Positions 49,924 to 64,000 of a DNA stretch of 64,000 nt are shown here, one piece after another. The notes below the pieces were generated by a model. The model was not told the DNA's origin. It saw only the letters and a list, made by a program, of their open reading frames with translations, and made no database searches. Location: the NCBI RefSeq assembly GCF_006345805.1, contig NC_043000.1:125054001-125118000 (forward strand). Reading direction: 5' to 3'. Position 1 is the first letter of the stretch, and each line of letters starts with the position of its first letter. The position numbers and the translations under genes are program-made. The DNA is from Octopus sinensis (taxonomy: Eukaryota).

Positions 49924-50749
49924 CATATGTATGTATATATGTATATGTGCAAATTTAAATGTTTTGTTTTATGTATGTATTCTCATGCACATAATTACAT
50001 ATCTTGACATGCTCATATATATTTAAGTGATAAACTTATGGAAAGTTCTACAGATTTTTACAGTTCCAGTGATGGACTAGCTTTCACCTTTCTGGGTTTG
50101 AGAAGCCTAATTTCTCAAGATTGGTTTTTAGGCTGTGTTACATATCTCAGTGCCCTGTGTATGTGTGTGTGTGTGTGTAAATTCATATTTAACTTGTTTG
50201 AGTGTATTTGGACGTGGTAATACCTTTTGTTGCAGAGATAGTCCTGGGAGAAAATATTCTGCATAAACATGTGTGAAAACACATTGTTTGGGCTGAGAAT
50301 AATGTCACTAGACCGTAGAACACATATGTTGCTGCATTGTTCTACTTTATCAGTTATGGAAGCTAAATATATCATTTACAGCCCAGATAGCAATGACATT
50401 CTCTTAATTAAAATAGCATACGGAATGTTTGCTGATGAGCATTAAACTTGGTCAAGCTAGAATTTAAATAAACAATGTCACACGAAGCCACATTGAATAA
50501 AAAATAGTTGTGTAAAACCATATTTAACACATTTGAGAGTCTTTGGACATGATAAGACCTTTCACTGTGGATATAGTCCTAGGAAAAACACTCTCTGCAG
50601 CAAAAGGCTGTATTATATCCAAATGCACTCATACATGTCAAATGACTTTATACAAATATTTGTGTGTGTGTGTGTGTGAAGCAGGTTTTAAGCCTAAGCA
50701 GCTGGTGCTCATATAGACAAAAAGACATATGGATCAGTCAGAGTGTTCT

Positions 50750-51217
50750 TTAACCCTTTCATTACCATATTTATTTTGAGATACTCTGTATTTCTTTCAA
50801 TTAATTTCAAATATAACAAAGAATTTAGTAAAATAACATAGTTATCATTAAGAAACCTAAATTGTGACTAAAGTTTGGTGGAAGATTTTAATTCAAAACT
50901 CATGAAAACAAGACATTTGTACTACATAGCCAGAGGCAGTTCCAGCCAGGTTGGTATCAAAAGGGTTAAGAATTGTTTCTTTATTATATTTTTAACCCTT
51001 TTGTAAATGTATTTATTTTGAGATGTTCTGTGTTTCTTTCAATTAATTTAAAATAAAACAAACAATTTAGTAAAATAATAACTTAGTTATCATTAAGTTA
51101 AAAAAAAAATTGTGACTAAAGTTTGGTGGAAGATTTTAATTTAAAACTTATGAAAACAAGACATTTGTACTACAGAGACAGAGGCAGTTTCAGCTGGGTT
51201 GGTATCGAAAGGATTAA
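50750..51217 (+). mobile_element. Tandem dimer of MITE family A with a different spacer
   Basis: Two TTAA-CCCTTT...AAGG(G/A)-TTAA units with a 22-bp spacer. Confidence 0.88.
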
Positions 51218-51444
51218 ATAGTAACAAACTATTTTCACACACACGCACACACACACACACACACATTCACACACACTCTTTATTGAATGTACTGTTATTT
51301 TCCTTATTATATAAATGGTCCTGGCTGAACAGTTTATTGTTATATCTAAATTCCTGTCTTTGTGAATTACACACTGTATATCATGGCATTCTATCAGTTA
51401 TGACAACAAGGGTTCCAGATGATGCAATCAATGGAACAGCCTGC

Positions 51445-52345
<901 letters not shown>

Positions 52346-53207
52346 AATATTCATGCACGCATGCACAAAAAGCAATAAATAACAGCAAAAAAAAAATTAC
52401 TAGATAAATAAAACAAATATCTTAATAAACAGATAAATCACAAACAAAAACAAACACAAAAAAGAAGCAAGGGAAATATGAATGGAAACGGAGAAATTTA
52501 TTTTCAATTCACAAATATATATAATACAATAATCTATACCCACATAACACCATCTTCTCTCCATATACACTGTGTACACACTTCTTCTCTGTTACAGATG
52601 TTGTTAGACACCTCCATGTATGCATCAATCTATCCAGCCAGCCAGTCAGTGAGCCAGCCAGCCAGCCAGCGTACTGTTCTCACCTCTGCCTCCGTCCCTG
52701 CCGCCACCACGACTGTATTGTAAAGATATTGTTACCAAGACACTATTACGCCATGTCCACCATTCATTCATTCATTCATTCACCTGTGTATCTGCTGATT
52801 CAAGAAACATTTTCTATGATTCATGTTCATTAAAACTCTAGGATAAACTAAAGCGGGGGGGGGGGGGGTCTTTCCTTCTCCCTCTCTTTCTTTCTTCCTT
52901 CCTTCCTTCCTTCCTTCCTTTCTTTCTTTTTCTCAGTCCTTCTATCTATCTATCTATCTATCTATCTACCTATCTATCTATCTATTATGTATCTATATGA
53001 CAGACTGAGTAACTATCTATCTATCCACCTGTCTGTCAATCTCTCTCTGTATATATATGTGTGTGTGTATATATATATGTATGTATCTTTGCTTGTAAGT
53101 CTTTCTGTCTACTCTTCTGTCTGTTTGCCTCTCTTTCTCTCTCTCTCTATATATATATATATCTATCTATCTATCTATCTATCTAACTAACTAACTAACT
53201 AACTAAA

Positions 53208-53523
53208 GACTCCGCCGGTTACGACGACGAGGGTCCCAGCTGATACGATACGGAACAGCTTGCTCGTGAATTAACGTGCAAATGGCTGAGCATTCCACAG
53301 ACACGTGTACCCTAACGTAGTTCTCGGGGATAATCAGCGTGACACAGAGAGTGACAAGGCTGACCCTTTGAAATACAAGTACAACTCATTTTGCCAGCTG
53401 AGTGGACTGGAGCAACGTGAAATAAAGTGTCTTGCTCAAGGACACAACGCGTCGCCGGGAATCGAACTCACAACCTTACGATCATGAGCCGAATGCCCTA
53501 ACCACTAAGCCACGCGCCCTCAC
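53208..53523 (-). mobile_element. Young full-length tRNA-derived CORE-like SINE within (CTAA)n
   Basis: CpG-rich; minus-strand A box tggcttagtgg and B box gagttcgattccc; (CTAA)n on both flanks. Confidence 0.9.
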
Positions 53524-53554
<31 letters not shown>

Positions 53555-53624
53555 GACTGACTGACTGTCTATCTATCCACCTGTCTGTCAATCTCCCTCT
53601 CTCTCTTTATATATCTTTATATAT

Positions 53625-53923
53625 CACCATGATCACCGTGACCGACCAGACTATCAGATGTTACTACACATCGTTGGTCACAATGCGCTTTGCATTGTTT
53701 TAGCCTTCAAATGACGCCACCCCGCTGGCTAAGTGAGCAGGCCAACAGAAGAAAGAATGAGATAAAGTTGTGGCAAAAGAGTACAGCAGGGACCGCCATC
53801 AGTCCCTGCCGGAGCCTCGTGGAGCTTTTGCTGTTTTCGCTCAATAAACACTCACAACGCCCAGTCTGGGAATTGAAACCACGATCCTACGACTGTGAGT
53901 CCGCTTCCCTAACCACTGAGCCA
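53625..53923 (-). mobile_element. tRNA-derived SINE (head related to the 20965 family, different tail)
   Basis: Minus-strand tggctcagtggttaggg..gtttcaattccc..gagcgaaaac..ctccacgaggctccggcag. Confidence 0.8.
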
Positions 53924-54022
53924 TTATATATATATACACACACACACACATATATATATACAGAGACAGATTGACATACAGGTTGATAGATAGATGTTAC
54001 TCAGTCTGTCACATATGTATTT

Positions 54023-54075
<53 letters not shown>

Positions 54076-54116
54076 ATATACATACATACACATATATATG
54101 TATATATATATACATA

Positions 54117-54182
<66 letters not shown>

Positions 54183-54242
54183 ATATATATGTATATATAG
54201 ATATATATATATAATATATAATATATATAAAGATATATATAT

Positions 54243-54667
54243 AGGCGCAGGAGTGGCTGTGTGGTAAGTAGCTTGCTAACCAACCACATGGTTCCGGGTT
54301 CAGTCCCACTGCATGGCATCTTGGGCAGGTGTCTTCTGCTATAGCCCCGAGCCAACCAATGCCTTGTGAGTGGATTGGAAACTGAAAGAAGCCTGTCGTG
54401 TATATGTATATATATATATATATATTATATATGTGTGTGTGTGTGTTTGTGGTCTGTGTTTGTCCCCCTCGCATTGCTTGACACCGATGCTGGTGTGTTT
54501 ACGTCCCTGTCACTTAGCGGTTCGGCAAAAAAAAGACCGATGATAGAATAAGTACTGGGCTTACAAAGAATAAGTCCCGGGTCGATTTGCTCGACTAAAG
54601 GCGTGTGGTCCACAGGCCCGCAGTCAAATGACTGAAACAAGTAAAAGAGTAAAAGAGTAAAAGAGTA
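54243..54667 (+). mobile_element. Composite SINE family C within (TA)n
   Basis: tRNA-like head (tggctgtgtgg, gggttcagtccc), internal microsatellite, (AGTAAAAG)3 tail. Confidence 0.88.
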
Positions 54668-54719
54668 ATATATATATATATATATTATATATATATATAT
54701 AAAGATATATATATATATT

Positions 54720-54901
54720 TGACTCTGTCTTTCTGTTTGTTCACCTATCTATCTATCTATTAATCTATTGATCTATCTATCTGTCTATGTCTATCTATTT
54801 ATCTGTCTATCTACCCACCTGTCTGTCAATCTGTTGTCTCTGCCTTTCTCTTTATATATACATATATATATATATGTTTGACTGTCTTTCTGTTTGTGCG
54901 C

Positions 54902-54955
<54 letters not shown>

Positions 54956-55046
54956 GTCTATCTATTTATCTATCTATCTATCTATCTTTCTATCTATCTA
55001 TCTATCTATCTATCTATGTCTGTCTCTCCATCCGTCAGTCCGTCAG

Positions 55047-55118
<72 letters not shown>

Positions 55119-55546
55119 TTCTCTCTCTTTCTCTCTGTTTAGTTTTCTGTCTTTCTTTTCTTTCATATTTTTCTTTCTGTTTTTTTTTTTCAGTTCATTT
55201 CCTCACATTTTATGGCTGTTCGTTAATCGTTTTCTTTTATTTTATCATTATCACACTATTTTTTTCTTTTTTCCCCTTATCTAAACTATTATTACGTTTC
55301 CTTTGTCAGAAATAGCCATCATCATCATCATCATCATCAGCCTCCTCATCGTTGTCATTGTCATCGTTATCATTATCATCATCACCATCATCATCACTAT
55401 CTCACCCCATTATCATAGCTAGCGCCACCAACATTACCACCACCACCACCATCATCATCACAATTGTTGACATCCTCAACATCATAGTCATCATTCTCAT
55501 TATCATCCTCCATGTCAACATCATCATTATCATTGCCATCCACATC

Positions 55547-55578
<32 letters not shown>

Positions 55579-57720
55579 TGTCATAGTAATTATGATTATT
55601 CTGCAATTTCTTTACTACAGAATCTATCTACCTGTCTGTTTATCCTCTGTACCACCACAGCCACCACCACAACCACACCACCACCACCACCACTATTGCC
55701 ATCACCGCCAACTCTGCTGCCACCACTGCCCCAACCACAACCACCACCACCACTACCACTACCGCCATGACACCACAACCACCACAACCACCACCACCAC
55801 CGCCACGACCACCACAACCACCACTGCTACCACCACCACAATTACCGCCACAACTACTAACACAACCACCACTGCTACCACCACCACCACCACTACCACC
55901 ACTGCCACGACCACCACAACCACCACTGCCACTACTACCACCACTACCACTACCACCATGACCACCACAACCACCACAACCACCACCACCACCGCCGCCA
56001 CGACCACCACCACCGCCACGACCACCACAACCACCACTGCTACCACCACCACAATCACCACCACAACCACCACAACTACTAACACAACCACCACTGCTAC
56101 CACCACCACCACCACCAAAGCCACCGCCACTGCTACCCCCCTCCCCCACCATTACCATCAGTATTTCTTAATTGCTTAAATCTTAATTTCCTACTATCAC
56201 CAAACTTTCCATTCCATCACTCACATCCATATGTTTTCCAAATTAACCCTTAACCTCATTTAGCCTCCAAATTTCCCCATAATCCCATTCCTAGACCAAA
56301 ACCATTACAATTATAATTGTCTTCATCACCACCCTCCACTTCACCATCCTCATCATCAGCATCACCATCACCATCATGGGCATCTCCGTTACTGTCATCA
56401 GTGCCGCTGTCATCATCGTTATCATCATCATCATCATCATCGTTGTTGTCATCACAGTTATAGAATCTCATCAACGTTGTTAGCCATTTATTGCCAGCGC
56501 CATCGTATCACTACCACCTTCGCCACCACCACCACCACCACCACTAACACCACCGCTAAATCTTCATCATCATCATCATTATCATCGTCATCATCATCAT
56601 CACCACTGCCGCCACAATGTTGCTACCACCACCACCACCACCACCATACCACTATCACTATAACAACAACGGCCACCGCCGCTGCTACAGCCACTGCTGC
56701 CACCCCACCCGCCCCCATCATCCCCACCATCACCACCTCTACCTAGCATCCCCATCATTATTTTCTAGCCTATTAACTGTTAATTTCCCATAATCACCAA
56801 ACCGTCACTCCCGCGCCTCACTTCCACAAATTACTTCTGAAGCAAATTTCATTTCACCTCTATGATTTCATAGCAGTAACATCCCCGAACCACGACTACA
56901 ACTACCATTAACCTCCTCTTCTTCCTCCTCCTCCACCACTTCTTCCTCCTCATCTTCCTCGTCCTCCTCCTCCTCTTCCACTTCCCCCTCGTCTTGCTCC
57001 CCGTCTTTCTCCTCCTCATCTTCCTCCTCCTCGTCTTCCACCTCCTTGTCTTCCTCCTCCTCATCTTCCTTCTTCATTGTCTTCCTCATCCTCATCTTCC
57101 ATCTCTTTGTCTTCCTCCTCCTTGTCTTCCCCTCCTCATCTTCCTCCTCCCCTTCCTCCCTTCCACCTCCTCCCCCTCCTCCTCCTTCACTTCCTCCTCG
57201 TCTTCCACTTCCTCCTCGTCTTCCACTTCCTCCTCGTCTTCCACTTCCTCCTCGTCTTCCACTTCCTCCTCGTCTTCCACTTCCTCCTCGTCTTCCACTT
57301 CCTCCTCGTCTTCCACTTCCTCCTTCTTCCTCCTCCTCCTAAACTTCCCCCTCCTCCTACACTTCCTCTCCTCCTCTCCCTCCTCCCCCTCCTCCTACTT
57401 CTTCCTCCTCCTTCTCCTTCCTCCTCCTCCGCCCCCTCCCCCACTTCATCTTCCTCCTTATTCGTCTTCCCCCCTCCTCCCCACTTCCTCTTCCTCCTCC
57501 TCTTCCACTTCGTCCTCCTCCTCAACTTCCACCCCACCTCCTCCTCCTCCTCCTCCTCCTCATCATCATCATCATCACTGTCATTATCGTCACCATCATC
57601 ATCGTTGCCATCATCATCACCATCAGTGTCGTCATCGGCAACACCATCGTCATCATCGAAATCATCAGCATCGTCGTCATCATCATCACCATCATCATCA
57701 TCATTGTCGTTTTCAACAAT
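54720..57720. repeat. Large simple-repeat field: (CTAT)n, (CTTT)n, (CAT)n, (CAC)n, (CCT)n, including an 18-bp unit CTTCCTCCTCGTCTTCCA x7 at ~57190-57320
   Basis: Seen directly; gives the poly-T/P/S/E pseudo-ORFs. Confidence 0.93.
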
Positions 57721-58323
57721 AACCATAACAACGACTGCAGCAGCAATGCATTATCAGCAATAATACCAGTGTTTGAAGCTGAAGTGTTGGTGATTGCAAT
57801 AAACACGACATTGGCAGTAGTGTTTATAGTGTTGGTCACTGTTGGAACGAACTTGACGTTGTTGCTGTTGTCATTATTGTTGTTGTTGTTGTTTAGTAGC
57901 TATGGCCAGTTGTGTGCCAACATACCTTAGGCACAGACTCAGCCAAATGGACGCAATGGATCAATGTGATTATCCTGCTCTTTGAATATACCATTTTTCA
58001 TGTCTGTTTTTGGAACAATGCTGAACTACATAAATATTCCATGCAATAATTGGTCATGTGGAACGTAGTATAATAATAGTCAGCGCATGCAGTAACTGTT
58101 TTTGTCATTCTCTTGCCTGAATTTTCTTGTGTGATCGAAGATTCTGGTCATGGCAACAGTGAAGGTAGATGAAGTGGAGTGATTCGATATATGAAATGAA
58201 TCAATACGGAGCAAATAACAAAAAGGGATTTTGTGTAAATATTTGAGTTGTATAATTTATTTTCCAAATCTCAATCTGATATCCACTTCACTATTGTCAA
58301 ACTAGAAACTACTCCTGAGTTTA

Positions 58324-58556
58324 AGGCGGCAAGCTGGCAGAAACGTTACCATGCCAGACGAAATGCTTAGCGGTATTTCGTTTGCCGCCACATTCTGAGT
58401 TCAAATTCCGCCGAGGTCGACTTTGCCTTTCATCCTTTCGGGGTCGATTAAATAAGTACCAGTTATGCACTGGGATCGATCTAATCGACTTAATCCATTT
58501 TTTCTGTCCTTGTTTGTCCTCTCTATGTTTAGCCCCTTCTGGGTAGTAAAGAAATA
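58324..58556 (+). mobile_element. Young SINE family M copy
   Basis: CpG-rich consensus-like copy; TSD-like agaaactactcctg.gt on both sides. Confidence 0.88.
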
Positions 58557-58754
58557 AGAAACTACTCCTGGGTAAAGTCTAAAATCTTTTGAGGGTATCT
58601 TTACCTCAAAGACTGAATCATCATCATCAACAGCAACAACCCTGGACTCTGTTGTCTCAAATCCAAGGACTCATTGGGCAGGTTACACCTGATTTCCATG
58701 ACATATGGGTGACAGAGATCACAGCTATTCCCTCAAATGTGATTTGTTGTATGT

Positions 58755-59046
58755 TCCTTCTTGAACCACGCCTCGCTCATGGGGCTGGTTTCCTGGTTTC
58801 ATTGGCGTGTAGGTTCCCCACCTGGATGGGACGCCGATCCATCACAGGTGAGCTGCAAGATGCAGGAGGAAAGAGTGAAAGATGTGGTGAAAGAATCAGC
58901 AGAAGTTCACCATTACCTTCTGCCAGAGCCACATGGAGCTTAGCTGTTTTCGCTCATAAAAACACACATCGCCCGGTCTGAGATTCGAACCCGCGATCCC
59001 TCAACCGCGAGTCTGCTGCTCTAACCACTAGGCCATGTGCCTCCAT
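58755..59046 (-). mobile_element. tRNA-derived SINE (sister of 20965-21270)
   Basis: Minus-strand tggcctagtggttagagcagc..gggttcgaatctc. Confidence 0.88.
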
Positions 59047-59924
59047 GTTCAAATGGGATGCCATTCCATTGCAGATTTCATCATTCAAAGGTGAGAGGAA
59101 TTGGGTAACACAAAATGAAGTGTTTTGTTCAACTACTTAATGCACCACATACGTGGGTAAGAAGACTGGTCAAGCCAAGTAAAAGCATTTTTTTGGCTGA
59201 TACCAGTGTCACATAACTGGCATCTGTGCTGGTGTCATATCACCTTTTCACTCTAGGAATGATTAGTGTTAGGAAGGGCATCCAAATTTAAAAACCATGC
59301 GAAATTAGATTGCAACTTGGTGCAGTTCTCCAGTTTACCAGTTTCAGCCAAACCATCTAACCCATACAAGCATGGAAAGCAGACACAAATGATAATGATG
59401 AGGATGATGATGATCTTGCAATTGTGAATGCAACAGTCCAACCACAAAGCCATGCATCTTCCGAAGACAGAATGACCATTACTGAAATGCTTGGTGCATT
59501 ATACAATCCAGTTTAAGACAATATGCAGGTAGCTATGTATTTTCTGAGCAAGTGTATAAAATATTTATAGTCAAAGAGAAGATCCATTTGCTACTTCTGT
59601 TGTGCTAATTGGTTGTATCTTTGTTGAAGATCACTGAAAAATGTAGAATCATGGAGAATATGAAAGAAACCATTTGTGGTTACATTTCAGGAATTGCTTG
59701 ACAGGAACAATATAAAAGTTAGTCATTTTAGAATGCTTTGTTTAAGAGAAGTCATTTTGTTTTACAGCATCAAAAAATCATTCAGCATGATACAAATAGA
59801 ATGAATAAAAAAAACTGCAATTGCTAGAACACTGAATCATGGCTCTTGGATAACCAGTGTGTGAGTAATGGCATCATGTATTGAGCCACAACAAATGGGA
59901 AAAAAAATAATAGCACAAAAAAAC

Positions 59925-60055
59925 TACAACATAATAAAAAAAAAACATTACAGCAGCCTAACAGAAAATGCATTTAAAAACAGACTATACAAACACATGA
60001 GCTCTTTCAAATACCTTCACAAGGAAAATATTATATCACTCTTGAAACACATAAC
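59925..60055 (+). pseudogene. Penelope-like GIY-YIG fragment
   Basis: KHYSSLTENAFKNRLYKHMSSFK..SLLKHI resembles YIGLTENxFKxRxYxHxxSF..LSKHIW. Confidence 0.6.
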
Positions 60056-60884
60056 AATCCGCTCCACCTCCTCCGCCTCGTCCTCCTCCTCCTCGTCCTC
60101 CTCGTCCTCGTCCTCCTCCTCCTCCTCCTCATCATCATCATCGTCATCATCGTCATCATCATTGTCGTTGTCATCATCATCATCATCATCATTTAACGTC
60201 CGATTTCCATGCTAGCATAGGTTAGATGGTTTGACTGTAGCTGATGAGCTGGAGAGCTACTGACATCATATAAACATGACATACCTACAAGTAATAAGAC
60301 TGAATAACAGAACTGGAATGGTTTACACAAAAAAGGTAATTCTTTACCAAAGGGTCTACCTTTACATGGAAAGTAGGCCCCTCAGAATTGTACACCCATA
60401 CCAACTAACGTACCTGACCCTTTCTCTTTCTCTGGTCTATGTGCACATATGCATACATACATATATCATCATCATCATCATCTTTGTTTAATGTCTACCT
60501 TCCATGCTAGCATGGGTGGGGCAGTTTCACAAGAGCCAGCACCAGACTTCTGTGACTGTTCTGGCAGGATTTTTACAGCTGAATGGCCGTCCAAACACCA
60601 ACTACTTTACAATGTGGACTGGGTGCTTTTAAGTGGCACCTGCACTGACAGGGTCACAAAGTATTTATATATATATATATATATATTTATAGATCTTAGT
60701 CAACATTTTCCATAGTTGCAGGGTTGGACAGAATTCAACTCCCACCTATTTCCAAGCAAGGTAATATTTCACCTTGGCCAGACGTGTTTTCATAGAATAT
60801 TAGAAATGAATGGTATTGCCTGTATGATGATGACCCATTAACAACCAAGACACAATGTCATGACAAAGAGACACAAATATGTGT

Positions 60885-61317
60885 GGGCATGGCCGATGAC
60901 AGTGCCGCCTGATTGGCACCTGTGCCAGTGGAACGTTAGAAGCACCATTTGAGTGTGTTCATTGCCAGGGCCACTAACTGGCTCCCGTGCTGGTGGCATG
61001 TAAAAATAGCAACATTCGAGTGTGGTCATTGCCAGTGCCACCAGACTGGCTCCTGTGCAGATGGCATGTAAAAAACACCACTTAAGTGTGGGCGATGCCA
61101 ATACTGCCTGAATGGCTCTCATGCTGATGGCACATAAAAGCACCCACTACACTCTCAGAGTGGTTGGCATTAGGAAGGGCATCCAGCTGTAGAAACTTTG
61201 CTAGATCAGATTGGAGAATGATGCAGGCTTCTGGCTCGCCAACCCTCAATTAAACCGTCCAATTCTTGCCAGCATGGAAAGTGGACGTTAAAAGATGATG
61301 GTGATGATGATGATGAT
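60885..61317 (+). mobile_element. RTE 3' UTR/tail fragment
   Basis: 4 UTR units, conserved tail and (GAT)n. Confidence 0.85.
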
Positions 61318-61732
61318 GCCCTTCCTAACACCAACCACTCTTTAGAGTCGGCTTAGTGCTTTTACGTGGCACAAGCACAGGTGAGGTCCAAACACCAACC
61401 ACTTTACTGTGTGGAGTGGGTGCTTCTAAGTAGCACCTGCATTGACAGGGTCATCAAGTACTTGCAAGGCAAAAGAGAAATGAATACATATGAATACAAA
61501 TGATACTCTGTATTCTTTATTCATTTCATTCGAACAAAACTATTATCAGTGCTATTATATAATAAACATTACATGATATCTATGACTAAATTGTCATTAT
61601 CCTCCATGTCTATAGACATAATGTATGATAGGTCACCTGCAAGGTGTTGAAACAATTGTAAACCATGGAATAAAATTTATACCATAAACTCCACATTTCA
61701 TTTGTTTTAAATACATACATATATACATTACA

Positions 61733-61960
61733 TGTGGAAGCACATGGCTTGGTAGTTAGGGTGTTGGACTTATGATTGTAAGATTGCGGTTTCAATTCCT
61801 GGAGTAGGCAATGCATTGTGTTCTTGAGCAAAACACTTCATTTCATGTTTCTCCAGTCCACTCAGTTGGTAAAATGAGGAATCCTGCAACAGACTGGCAT
61901 CCTGTTTAAGGAAGAATTTATGCATCAGAGAAACTAGGAAACTGGCCCTATGCTCCTTAT
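61733..61960 (+). mobile_element. tRNA-derived CORE-like SINE
   Basis: Homologous to 9968-10200. Confidence 0.75.
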
Positions 61961-62030
61961 GAAGTAATGTGGGCTAATGAACATATATACATACATAAAT
62001 ACATAAATACACACATACACACACACATAT

Positions 62031-62194
62031 AGGTGCAGGAGTGGCTGTGTAGTAAGAAGCTTGCTTCCCAACCACAAGGTTCTAGGTTCAGTCCCACTGT
62101 GTGGAACCTTGAGCAAGTGTCTTCTACTATAACCTTGGGACGACCAAAGCCTAGCGAATGGATTAGGTAGATGGAAACTGAAAGAAGCCTGTCG

Positions 62195-62231
<37 letters not shown>

Positions 62232-62448
62232 GTATGTATTTATGCATCTGTTTTTGTCCCCCTACCATTTCTTGACAACCGATGTTGGTGTGTTTATGTC
62301 TCTGTAACTTGGCAGTTCAACCTTAGAGACTGATAGAATAAGTACCAGGCTTACAAAGAATAAGTCCTGGGGTTGATTTGTTTGACTAAAGGTGGTGCTC
62401 AGGCATGGCTGCAGTCAAATGACTGAAACAAGTAAAAGAATAAAAGAA
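62031..62448 (+). mobile_element. Composite SINE family C
   Basis: Homologous to 54243-54667. Confidence 0.85.
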
Positions 62449-63604
62449 TATATGCGTGAGTGTGTGTGTGTGTATACACAAATACATATATACAAACATA
62501 GATACCTGAATAGTTCCATGTTTGTGGGATGTCTGTAGTATATAAACATCAAATGCTTCAAATGACATCACGGTATTAATTTTAAATATGGTGTGGTTTT
62601 TCTTTTTACTTTTCTCATATTTTTTGTTTTTGTTTTTGTTTTTATTTTTAATAAAATAAATATTTAGTGTGAAAGCAGTTTCATTATTGTTTCATTCATT
62701 TTTAGTATAAAATAAATTGATTATTTTGGGAAAAAGAAACTGGGAGAGAGCACCTTTGATGCCTTAGAGTCAGCAGGGTAACTTGGGTTTTTCTGTGTCG
62801 CCAAGGGTTCCCTCCAAATTATTCTAGGTGGCCTACCCTGTACTGGGGGAACTCTTAATTGAGATTTCTCTTGGTTGCAGAAAGGAAATCAAAACCTAGT
62901 GGTCATTATTAGCAATTCTTAAAGAAAGGGGGAGATAATTTCAAAAGATTGAGCACTACTTTGACAGCAGCCTCACATTTACACCTTTTACATTTTTTGG
63001 TGAAATAGGTTACATTAACAAATATTTTATCTTGTAACTTTGAAATATTAAGATCCCCAGATAATAAAATTGAAAAAAGCAAGAAAGAAACAAATAAATA
63101 AATTCTCAATGTTATTCTGAAAATACAGTGTACTGTAAAAATAAGCAAAATGTCCCCAGAACAGAGGATGACAGGATAAGTTATCCACCAGGATAATGTA
63201 GTTAGAATGGCAATAAAATAACATTGCTTCTTAGAAACAGGCTCTTTTATTTATTTACTTGCTTGTTGGCTTATTTATTTATTTTGCTTTCACTGGAGAA
63301 GACAAAGAAGAATATATAAAGTTAGAGAAGACAGTTCACTAGAAATATTAACCAAAAGTAATTTTACTATTTGACAGATCTGTTAGCATCCATTTTGTGT
63401 AACTTTCTTGGACTGTGTAGACATTGTCACTTGTTTCATGTTTCTTTCTTATTTGATGCAGACATCTCTTTGATATTTACACAGAAAACACCATTTTACT
63501 TTTGTTTTTCTCTTTTGTTTTTGTTTTTTTTGTCTATTTGATCCACTGGTTTAGTAGAGTGTTTTTTTTTAGCTCTTATCTGTTGTCCACAATGTCTAGT
63601 GCAG

Positions 63605-63606
<2 letters not shown>

Positions 63607-63650
<44 letters not shown>

Positions 63651-63672
63651 TGATGTAAAAGTAAGCAGTGGG

Positions 63673-63711
<39 letters not shown>

Positions 63712-63755
63712 TATATATATATATCATGAAAATATATATATATATATATATATAT

Positions 63756-63796
<41 letters not shown>

Positions 63797-63813
63797 CAAA
63801 CAGACATATAGAC

Positions 63814-63844
<31 letters not shown>

Positions 63845-63899
63845 TAGACAGACAGACAGACAGATAGATAGACAGATAGATAGATAGATAGATAGATAG

Positions 63900-63935
<36 letters not shown>

Positions 63936-63941
63936 CAAATG

Positions 63942-63983
<42 letters not shown>

Positions 63984-64000
63984 TAGATAGATAGATAGAT
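63607..64000. repeat. (TA)n/(GATA)n/(GACA)n microsatellite
   Basis: Seen directly. Confidence 0.95.

Noticed and set aside
53440-53523. tRNA gene candidates at SINE heads (also 7190, 21200, 33190, 58975)
   Set aside because: A/B boxes are present, but there is no complete cloverleaf and each continues into a SINE body.
55352-57839. Long Thr/Pro/Ser/Glu-rich ORFs (mucin-like or acidic proteins)
   Set aside because: Open in several frames on both strands because trinucleotide repeats lack stops; no splice or domain evidence.

Overview
This is AT-rich eukaryotic non-coding DNA made almost entirely of microsatellites and transposon relics. The repeat landscape looks like a coleoid cephalopod, probably Octopus; that is an inference from pattern recognition, not a search result. 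I found no credible host exon, rRNA or true tRNA gene, and most listed ORFs are microsatellite or antisense artefacts. Recognisable elements are: three RTE-clade LINE copies plus many 3'-end fragments; R4/Dong-like relics in (TAA)n; several Penelope-like (PLE) relics, two with inverted ends; a CR1-like 3' end; mariner, piggyBac, hAT and Helitron non-autonomous elements; and at least four tRNA-derived SINE families. The main observations are: (1) an apparently intact type I hammerhead ribozyme (29328-29418, minus) inside perfect 68-bp inverted repeats; (2) a C4HC3 PHD finger inserted inside the RTE reverse transcriptase; (3) variable-number arrays of a compact H-type pseudoknot motif in the RTE 3' UTR; (4) a tRNA-headed SINE with a hammerhead-like core inserted as an inverted dimer; (5) an unclassified 200-bp retroposon with target-site duplications (TSDs). 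Boundaries of degenerate elements are approximate.
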